This document shows, in pieces, positions 25,630-32,000 of a DNA stretch of 32,000 nucleotides. Both the position numbers and the translations under genes were made by a program. The stretch covers positions 4,170,001-4,202,000 of the forward strand of contig CP104013.1 of assembly GCA_025839675.1 (NCBI GenBank), written 5' to 3'. The stretch comes from Candidatus Lokiarchaeum ossiferum. GTDB lineage: Archaea; Asgardarchaeota; Lokiarchaeia; Sigyniarchaeales; Promethearchaeaceae. Every line of letters begins with the position of its first letter. The first letter of the stretch is position 1. The notes under the pieces are model-generated. The model was given only the letters and a program-made list of their open reading frames with translations. It was not told the DNA's origin and did not search any database.

Positions 25630-26235
25630 TACGTGGAATTATTTCACACCTTTATAAAACTTGACTTCGTTTTATTCTTTTTAATCAGTTAAAATGAAAG
25701 ATTACAATTTTTTCCGATTAGATCGATTTTGGTTAGAAATCAAAAATTCAAGAATCTTTTCAATTGCTTCTAAAAATCCTCGAAATTTAAAGCCAATTTT
25801 TTTAATGGCTCTTTTTGCAAAAAAAGATAAAAATCTAAGGATCCCTTATGGATGTAGAATTTTCAATCGCACAATGAAATAGATCCAGTTTCCCTCAGCT
25901 ACGAAATCCCATTAAAATGTTCAAAATTGAGAAAATATTTAATCTGATTCAAACGACCTTTGATTTGTTTGTTAAGGAGCGACTTTTATATTATTTTCCT
26001 GAATATATTCCCCTTGTTAAGAAAATTCTTCTTTAATTCCTTTCTAAGTCAACCAATTTGCTTATAATTTGCTAAAATTGATTGCCACGTTATTTAGATC
26101 ACTCATTTGCAAATTTAAGTAGACTTGAAAGGATGATTGCTTCTTTTCTGAGAGAATTGAAGATGAGAATGGCAAAAAGGGAAGGATTGTAGAAATCTCC
26201 CTATGATACCAAAAAAAAAGCTTTTGAATTTTCGT

Positions 26236-26550
26236 TTATTCTGATTTTGTTTCGGCTTCAGCTGCTTTGCTAGCTGCTTCTTCAGCTTCCAACTCTTCTT
26301 CTAATTCTTCAAGAGGTACTGGTGGTGGGGTTGTAATCATTGAATATCCAATCCACATAGCAAGTAAACCGATCATGATCACAGCTAATGTCATTGGAAC
26401 TACGACGGCCCATCTCCAATCAAAGAAAGCCCAAATTCCGGTAGTTGCACCATCATTGATTAAATCCAAAGGACCCCAAATAATATATAAGACTGACATT
26501 GCCAATCCGATCAACAAGATGACAATTCCGAATGCTTTATCTTTACCCAT
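26236..26550 (-). CDS. hypothetical 2-TM membrane protein with proline hinge and acidic/alanine C-terminal tail
   Basis: 104-aa ORF with two clear hydrophobic helices, then TTPPPVPLEELEEELEAEEAASKAAEAETKSE. No family recognised. Confidence 0.55.
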   Translation of the reverse strand: MGKDKAFGIVILLIGLAMSVLYIIWGPLDLINDGATTGIWAFFDWRWAVVVPMTLAVIMIGLLAMWIGYSMITTPPPVPLEELEEELEAEEAASKAAEAETKSE

Positions 26551-26763
26551 ATTTTTTCACTTTATAAGATTATATAGAGGATAAAATATATCCTTAACTC
26601 CTAAAATTAAATGCCCTTTAAAAACCAATTGATTCCAATTTCATCTCAGAAAATCAATAAATTCCTTTTTTATTTGGTAATGAACTCTAGTTTTTATTAT
26701 AAAACATTTCTTTTAGAAATTAGAAGCAATTAAAAATAAATAGTTTAATTGGTCCTTGTAGAA

Positions 26764-27066
26764 TTATGGTTTTGGGGTAATTTCTGTTCCACATTTCTCG
26801 CAAATAATGCGCTGACCTGCTTTTAGGGGTAAAAGTAATTCTTTGGGAATGGCGGATTCACATACAGAACATCTAAGGATGCTGCTATGTTCATCGATAT
26901 GCTCAATATTAACCCCAGAAATTTTTTCAGTAAATTGAAGGTTTTCACGCTCAGTTTTGTAATCTTGATATTTTGACTTAGCGGATTGATAACTATTGAC
27001 TGCCTTTTTCTTTAATCTTTGCCAACGGCCTTGGGGTTTTGAATTTTGAGATGTTTCATCTTCCAT
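26764..27066 (-). CDS. small zinc-ribbon protein
   Basis: 100 aa with a basic N-terminus and a C-terminal CSVCES..x21..CEKCG four-Cys ribbon. It lies 25 bp downstream of, and co-directional with, the MptE-like gene. Confidence 0.5.
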   Translation of the reverse strand: MEDETSQNSKPQGRWQRLKKKAVNSYQSAKSKYQDYKTERENLQFTEKISGVNIEHIDEHSSILRCSVCESAIPKELLLPLKAGQRIICEKCGTEITPKP

Positions 27067-27091
27067 AGTTTCTCTTCCTTATGATAACAAA

Positions 27092-27880
27092 CTAGTTCAT
27101 TAAATTAAATCTTTCACATTGCTGGGGAGAATTAATGAAAATTAAATTGCGCGAGTGGTTTTGCTGAAGTTCATCGAAGAGATCTTGAGATATTTTTAAT
27201 TTTTTCCTTTTGAAATCTGTCATAGGTTGATCTGTTGAAAGATTTGGTTTAGAATATTTCCCAATTTTATCCTCAAAATCATATCCGATCATATAAAAGG
27301 GATAATTTGATGGTATGATGTGGTGAAGCAAGAAAGGACCTCGATCGCCGTCGGTAAATCCTCCCGGGTTAATTATCGGATATCGGGAAGTGGTTTGGGT
27401 GGTGCAAATCAAATTGGGGGAAGTTTGTAATATCGATTTGAAACGATGGATATTAGGAATATTATCTCCATGACCGAGGATACTTGCTATGCATCCTGAA
27501 TTGAGGTTGTTTTGCAATTGATCTGGTGTTATTCCATCTAAATCGGAGACAATGAGGTCTGGATAAAGTGTAAGTTCATTTAAACATCGAGTTGCCCCAT
27601 CTGCCGCGATTATAAAAAAGTTTTCTCGGTGTTTTTCTAAGATCTGGACCATTATGGTTAAAATTGGCTGTAGACTTGGACCTGCACCACAAAAGATCAA
27701 GTTTTTTTTTTTTAATCGATTTTGAAGGGAATTAATCACATTTTCCACGGGAATGTTCTTTCTAAGGGAGTAAAGTAGATCTCGTGCAATAATGTCATTG
27801 TTTTGATCGAAATCAAAAACATCTCGAATTTTTTGATACCAAATAGCAGCATTTGGGTATTCAAGAAGATTTGAATCCAT
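27092..27880 (-). CDS. mptE: MptE-like 6-hydroxymethylpterin diphosphokinase (DUF115 family)
   Basis: The motifs FCGAGPSL, IIAADGATRCL, PDLIVSDLDG and GHGDN appear in the order characteristic of archaeal MptE/DUF115. Confidence 0.6.
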   Translation of the reverse strand: MDSNLLEYPNAAIWYQKIRDVFDFDQNNDIIARDLLYSLRKNIPVENVINSLQNRLKKKNLIFCGAGPSLQPILTIMVQILEKHRENFFIIAADGATRCLNELTLYPDLIVSDLDGITPDQLQNNLNSGCIASILGHGDNIPNIHRFKSILQTSPNLICTTQTTSRYPIINPGGFTDGDRGPFLLHHIIPSNYPFYMIGYDFEDKIGKYSKPNLSTDQPMTDFKRKKLKISQDLFDELQQNHSRNLIFINSPQQCERFNLMN

Positions 27881-27941
27881 ATATCACCATATTCTTTTTA
27901 TTACAAAAAATCTTTTCTTTTCTAAGTAGTAGGTCAAAAAT

Positions 27942-28400
27942 ATGGAATTGATCCTTGGGAAAAACATAATAATATTGAAAGAGTCGCTCTTTTATTCGAA
28001 AGTACATAATTGGGTGGATTTGAATGAAGATGTGGCTACAATTGGATTGACTGATTATGCTCAAGCTGAGATGGGCGAGATCTCAATGGTGGAATTAATG
28101 GAAAGGTCACTGCCTGGGACTGAATTATCTCAAGTCAAATTTCAAGGAAATTTTCCCTCATCGGCTCCAATTCCAGATGTGACTATTGAGAGTGCAAAAA
28201 CTGTTTCTCAACTATATTCTCCCCTTTCAGGAAAAGTCATTTCTGTCAATTCCGAATTATGTGTTGAGCCTGAGCGAGTTAACCTTTCTCCTTACGAGAG
28301 AGGTTGGTTGATTACTTTGGAACCTACAAAAATTGACCAAGAGTTATGCAATTTAATGGATTACAAGGAGTATGCACAATTTCTCAAATCTTTATACTGA
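27942..28400 (+). CDS. gcvH: glycine-cleavage H-protein-like lipoyl carrier (GcvH family)
   Basis: The sequence HNWVDLNEDVATIGLTDYAQAEMGEISMVEL...IESAKTVSQLYSPLSGKVISVN..L...PERVNLSPYERGWLITLEP matches GcvH, including the lipoyl-lysine context (ES.K). A ~13-residue insertion precedes the lysine. Confidence 0.75.
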   Translation: MELILGKNIIILKESLFYSKVHNWVDLNEDVATIGLTDYAQAEMGEISMVELMERSLPGTELSQVKFQGNFPSSAPIPDVTIESAKTVSQLYSPLSGKVISVNSELCVEPERVNLSPYERGWLITLEPTKIDQELCNLMDYKEYAQFLKSLY

Positions 28401-28481
28401 TCTTTAATTCTCTCCTTCATTGATTCGACATTTACCTGAGTTTATATTCTGAATCTTGTAATATTAATTTCGTGATGTAAA

Positions 28482-29633
28482 ATGAATATTCCTGCCAAAA
28501 TTGGATTTATAATTAACCCTATTGCTGGGATGGGCGGATCCGTTGGTTTGAAAGGGTCTGATGGTGTAGAAATTCTTCAGAAATCTCGTGAGTTGGGAGC
28601 TGTTGCTCAAGCAAATCGACGAGTGCAAGAATTCTTATCTCATCTTTCTGTAGATAAAAAAAGCATCTCTTTTGTTTCCCTGCCTGGGATCATGGGGGGA
28701 ACAATATTGAACCAAAATGGATTCAATGTCGAATTATTACATAGTTCAGATCTTCCAGTTGAAACTGTTTTATTTGAAACTTCTCCTTATCATACAAAAA
28801 AAGCTGCAGAGTTGATGCTTCAATCTCATGTAAAACTTCTTATTTTTGTTGGGGGGGATGGAACTGCTCGCAATATCGTTGAAGCAGTTGGCACATCGCT
28901 CCCATGCATGGGGATCCCAGCTGGAGTTAAAATTCATTCAAGTGTTTTTACAACAAATCCCAAGACCGCAGCAGAACTGCTCGAGATATTTCTTGAAGGT
29001 GGGTTAACTTTGCGCGAATCAGAAGTAATGGATATTGATGAAGATGCTTTTCGAGAAAATCGGGTATTATCCAAACTGTATGGTTATTTAATGACTCCCT
29101 ATGTCCCCACTCTCTCTCAACCTTCCAAAATGGCCAGCCCTCAAACGGATCATGAGCATCATAATCAGAACAGAATGGCGGAATGGATTATTCAACAAAT
29201 GGATAATTCTGGATCTGAGTATTATTATTTATTAGGTCCTGGAACTACTACCCGCGCGATTACAAATTTATTACAAGAAGAAAAAACGTTGTTGGGAGTT
29301 GATTTATTTTACAAAAAGAAATTAGTTGCTAAAGACTTAAACGAACAACAAATTTTGGAAATGATTGCTGATCACCCAACAAAACTTGTTGTGACACCTA
29401 TTGGGGCTCAAGGATTTATTTTTGGTCGAGGTAATCTTCAGTTAAGTCCGAAGGTACTTACTACAATTGGCTTAAAAAATATTATTATTATTGCAACTAA
29501 ATACAAAATTTCGACCTTACCCGACAGAAAGATGCGCATAGACTCTCGTAATCCCGATTTTGATAGAAAATTCACAGGGCTCCATCGCGTTTTGGTAGAT
29601 TATGGCGAAATGCAGATTGTAGATGTAGTTTAG
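28482..29633 (+). CDS. ATP-NAD kinase-like protein (COG3199 / AcoX-like family)
   Basis: N-terminus IGFIINPIAGMGG. The GGDGTARN motif is followed by GIPAGVKIHS. At about 380 aa, its length and layout fit the uncharacterised NAD-kinase-like family rather than canonical NadK. Confidence 0.65.
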   Translation: MNIPAKIGFIINPIAGMGGSVGLKGSDGVEILQKSRELGAVAQANRRVQEFLSHLSVDKKSISFVSLPGIMGGTILNQNGFNVELLHSSDLPVETVLFETSPYHTKKAAELMLQSHVKLLIFVGGDGTARNIVEAVGTSLPCMGIPAGVKIHSSVFTTNPKTAAELLEIFLEGGLTLRESEVMDIDEDAFRENRVLSKLYGYLMTPYVPTLSQPSKMASPQTDHEHHNQNRMAEWIIQQMDNSGSEYYYLLGPGTTTRAITNLLQEEKTLLGVDLFYKKKLVAKDLNEQQILEMIADHPTKLVVTPIGAQGFIFGRGNLQLSPKVLTTIGLKNIIIIATKYKISTLPDRKMRIDSRNPDFDRKFTGLHRVLVDYGEMQIVDVV

Positions 29634-29763
29634 TTGGTCAATTTATTATAGAAAATCTTTTAGAAGTGATTCTAAAACGTGATAACCTTTAAAAACACCT
29701 AAAGCAATTTTTAGAGACTACAGGATGTATATTGGAAAAAGAGAACTAAAGATAAAAAAAAGA

Positions 29764-30237
29764 TTACGATACTATTATTTTGCCCGTTTTAACTGCCATC
29801 ATGTATTGCAGAATACCGAAGCTTGTACCTGCTAATACCATACCCAAAATTAATAATTTGATTGCATAATTATAATTGAAGGAATGTTTGGTTGCATTGT
29901 ATAATAAAAAGAATCCTGATCCGCCGATAAAAATAAGTACTGCCGCAACAATTGATTCAATAACAAAAGCATCACTTGTTGAAGGATAGAGCCACATGAT
30001 TGCACCTGATGCATTTCCTCCCATTGCACTTGGTTCTTTAATGAGAATGTAAATTCCACCCATCAACAACCAGAAAAGAAAGATGAACGTGCCCAATAGC
30101 ATCATACTTCGCCCTGGACTCGGTAAAGATAAACTACCTTCACGATAGGTAGGGTATTTGATTCGGGGAATTCTAACTTGATTGCCCATAACCCATGGCA
30201 TTTTTTTCCCAAATTTATCTTGGAGTTTTTCACTCAT
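29764..30237 (-). CDS. 3-TM membrane protein resembling eukaryotic oligosaccharyltransferase subunit OSTC/DC2
   Basis: 157 aa with three TM helices. LMGGIYILIKEPSAMGG and FVIESIVAAVLIFIGGSGFFLL line up with human OSTC ITGGIIYDVIVEPPSVGS and [22 protein letters not shown], which I recalled from memory. Size and topology are similar. Confidence 0.45.
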   Translation of the reverse strand: MSEKLQDKFGKKMPWVMGNQVRIPRIKYPTYREGSLSLPSPGRSMMLLGTFIFLFWLLMGGIYILIKEPSAMGGNASGAIMWLYPSTSDAFVIESIVAAVLIFIGGSGFFLLYNATKHSFNYNYAIKLLILGMVLAGTSFGILQYMMAVKTGKIIVS

Positions 30238-30359
30238 ACTAAGCTTATTAGTTTTTTTTTTAAATTGATTTTGGTTTTTTTCTTTGGGTTTTCTTTGTGA
30301 AAATAAAGAAAGTTGATCACTACCTAAACCTTTAATTCTGGTTGGTAAAATAATATAGT

Positions 30360-31451
30360 ATGGTTCTCGATGATCTCGGGTTGGCGATCCGAAGGATGTT
30401 CAATATTAATTTTAAAAAACAACCCGGGGAAAGCATCTTATTTATCTCGGATTATGTGCCTGTAGAGTATATTACTGAACAAAATTCACGTAAATGCGAG
30501 ATGATAAATCAACGCTCGAATTTTGTTGAATTATTATATATGAGATCACAAGATATCTTTAGTGAATCTGAAGTTAACTTGATTAAATATCCTGCAACAT
30601 TTCAATCTGGCAAAGAAATTCCCTTAAATGTAATCGAGATGATGAAATCGCATAATATTTTTGTGGCTCTTACGACCTATTCTTTAACTCATACAGATGG
30701 TATTCTGGAAGCTTGTAACAATGGTGCTCGAGGAGCTTCCATGCCTGGTTTCACACCTGATATGTTTGAAGTATCCCGCCCGATGGCTTCTGACCATGAC
30801 AAAATGCGGGTACTTGGTGAGAAATATATAAATGAGATAATTAAAGCGAAAGAAGAAGACACTGAAAGACAATGCCAAGTTAAAATTCAAGATCAATCAA
30901 AAAATTGCTTGGAATTTGATATCTTAGGTAATAAGCGTCATTTCCGCCATAATTTTGGTTTGTTTCACAAACCAGGAATGAGTGGAAATTTACCTGCTGG
31001 AGATATTCATATTTCCCCTGATATTCAAGAAAATGCTTTTGGTCGCATCTCAATTCCAAGAGTTTGGACCAAATTTTGCCACCCTGAAAGTGAATTTTTA
31101 ACCCTCATTTTTGATCATGGGTGTGTATCGGCGATCGAAGGTGCTAAGGATAGTCTGATGGAATTTTTAGGTTTTAAAGAGGGAAATCGGTCTCCAGCTA
31201 CAGAAGAATTAAAATTATCGCGGCGTAATTTAGCGGAATTTGGAATTGGGTTAAATCCATTTGCAACCAAACATGATTCATTATTAGAAGCTCAAAAAAT
31301 ACTCGGGACGTGTTATATTGGACTTGGTACCAGTGATACATTAGGTGGGGTTGTGAAATCCGATACTCATTTAAATTTCGTTATTCCAGGCGCCAATCTT
31401 TTTATCAATGATAAACAGATCATTACCAATGGAGTTCCCATTTTTAAATAG
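30360..31451 (+). CDS. M29-family (aminopeptidase T/AmpS-like) metallopeptidase
   Basis: 363 aa. The C-terminal pattern NLAEFGIGLNP.A......LEAQKILGTCYIGLGTS......KSDTHLNFVI resembles the M29 signature (EfgiGtNp...l.dEK..GT.H.A.G....S..H.D.v). Confidence 0.55.
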   Translation: MVLDDLGLAIRRMFNINFKKQPGESILFISDYVPVEYITEQNSRKCEMINQRSNFVELLYMRSQDIFSESEVNLIKYPATFQSGKEIPLNVIEMMKSHNIFVALTTYSLTHTDGILEACNNGARGASMPGFTPDMFEVSRPMASDHDKMRVLGEKYINEIIKAKEEDTERQCQVKIQDQSKNCLEFDILGNKRHFRHNFGLFHKPGMSGNLPAGDIHISPDIQENAFGRISIPRVWTKFCHPESEFLTLIFDHGCVSAIEGAKDSLMEFLGFKEGNRSPATEELKLSRRNLAEFGIGLNPFATKHDSLLEAQKILGTCYIGLGTSDTLGGVVKSDTHLNFVIPGANLFINDKQIITNGVPIFK

Positions 31452-31462
31452 CCCCTGGACAA

Positions 31463-32000
31463 TCAAAAGTAGTCTTTGATTCCTTCCATTGTAATTTGAA
31501 ATTTTATAATCTGTTCTCTTTTTGTTTGACTATTCAACAAATGAGCGTATCTTACACCAGATTCCGTTGTTACAATTGAATTTTGTTCAATTTCTCCTAA
31601 TAATATCCACTGTTTTATGTACATATCTAGTGTTGTTGCTAAGATAGGAATAACCTTAAAAAAATGTGAATCGTCCATTGCAGCGGTCACTTGGGATGTG
31701 ACTAATATTGGGATATTGAATTGTTTTGCCCATATCTGCAATTTATTCAGTTTACTTGCTAAGTCTGCAATAATCGAATTGATTGGTTTATTATTTAAGG
31801 CAATTTCGTGGCGATAAAGTTTAGTAAGGGAATCAATAACTAAAAATTTGCTTTCTTTTGTACGAAGAATTTCCGGAATTTTTGGAAAAACTTGAGAAAA
31901 TTCTGAGAGGGATTGTAGTGAGATTACATCGATCTTTTTAAAAAGTTCATGGGGGGATAATCCTTGTCCGACTGCCATTTGTCCAATTCTCTCTGGACGA
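31463..32000 (-). CDS. radB: RadB/Rad51-family recombinase paralog (partial; N-terminus beyond window edge)
   Basis: The reading frame stays open upstream of the listed Met to the window end (..RPERIGQMAVGQGLSPHEL). FRPERI-type, LVIDSLT (Walker B-like) and the C-terminal FQITMEGIKD motifs match archaeal RadB. The Walker A motif would lie outside the window. Confidence 0.6.
   Translation of the reverse strand, partial: RPERIGQMAVGQGLSPHELFKKIDVISLQSLSEFSQVFPKIPEILRTKESKFLVIDSLTKLYRHEIALNNKPINSIIADLASKLNKLQIWAKQFNIPILVTSQVTAAMDDSHFFKVIPILATTLDMYIKQWILLGEIEQNSIVTTESGVRYAHLLNSQTKREQIIKFQITMEGIKDYF

Noticed and set aside
25694-25882. 62-aa plus-strand ORF
   Set aside because: Its composition is typical of translated AT-rich intergenic DNA, and no conserved motif or plausible upstream signal is visible.
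23774-26019. Exact 13-mer ATTCCCCTTGTTA shared between 23774-23786 (left edge of repeat copy B) and 26007-26019
   Set aside because: The flanking sequences do not align. A few chance 13-mer matches are expected in 32 kb of AT-biased sequence.
26618-26640. Third occurrence of AAAAACCAATT, resembling the conserved 3-prime block of the 215-bp repeats
   Set aside because: Similarity stops after 11 nt and none of the other repeat blocks is present, so it is not counted as a third copy.
1-32000. tRNA, rRNA, transposase, integrase or prophage signatures
   Set aside because: I saw no T-loop/acceptor-type tRNA pattern and no rRNA-like conserved blocks. No ORF has transposase, integrase or phage hallmarks.

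Overview
This is a visibly AT-rich archaeal chromosomal window. Its core (3520-12512, minus strand) is a canonical archaeal ribosomal-protein cluster in the order uL22-uS3-uL29-Rpp29-uS17-uL14-uL24-eS4-uL5-uS14-uS8-uL6-eL32-eL19-uL18-uS5-uL30-uL15. All of these genes are intact and tightly packed or overlapping. The cluster is unusual at both ends. uS19 (14616-15029) is separated from uL22 by about 2.1 kb holding two unrelated genes and a GC-enriched hairpin-rich non-coding tract, and no uL2/uL23/uL4/uL3 lie beyond it. uL15 is followed by a leucine-rich-repeat protein rather than SecY/Adk. Several r-proteins carry eukaryote-like or low-complexity extensions: an RGG/GPGG N-terminus on uS5 and long acidic tails on eL32 and uS3. 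The remainder is accessory or housekeeping. It includes a four-gene signalling operon (solute-binding protein, SBP-domain histidine kinase, CheY-like receiver, receiver-kinase hybrid; 16726-21524). It also includes a beta-lactamase-family serine hydrolase bracketed by two diverged ~215-bp direct repeats with palindromic cores, a cupin, a SemiSWEET and several small membrane or zinc-ribbon proteins. Further genes are MptE-like, GcvH-like, COG3199-type NAD-kinase-like, a 3-TM protein that looks like eukaryotic OSTC/DC2, an M29-like aminopeptidase and a partial RadB/Rad51-family gene. The eukaryote-like r-protein features, the LRR protein and the OSTC-like protein suggest an Asgard (Lokiarchaeia-like) archaeon; this is inference only. 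I found no rRNA, tRNA, CRISPR array or recognisable transposase. Nothing here is demonstrably a new multi-gene system. The best leads are the repeat pair, the OSTC-like gene, the split r-protein cluster with its structured intergenic tract, and the output-less SBP-coupled phosphorelay.
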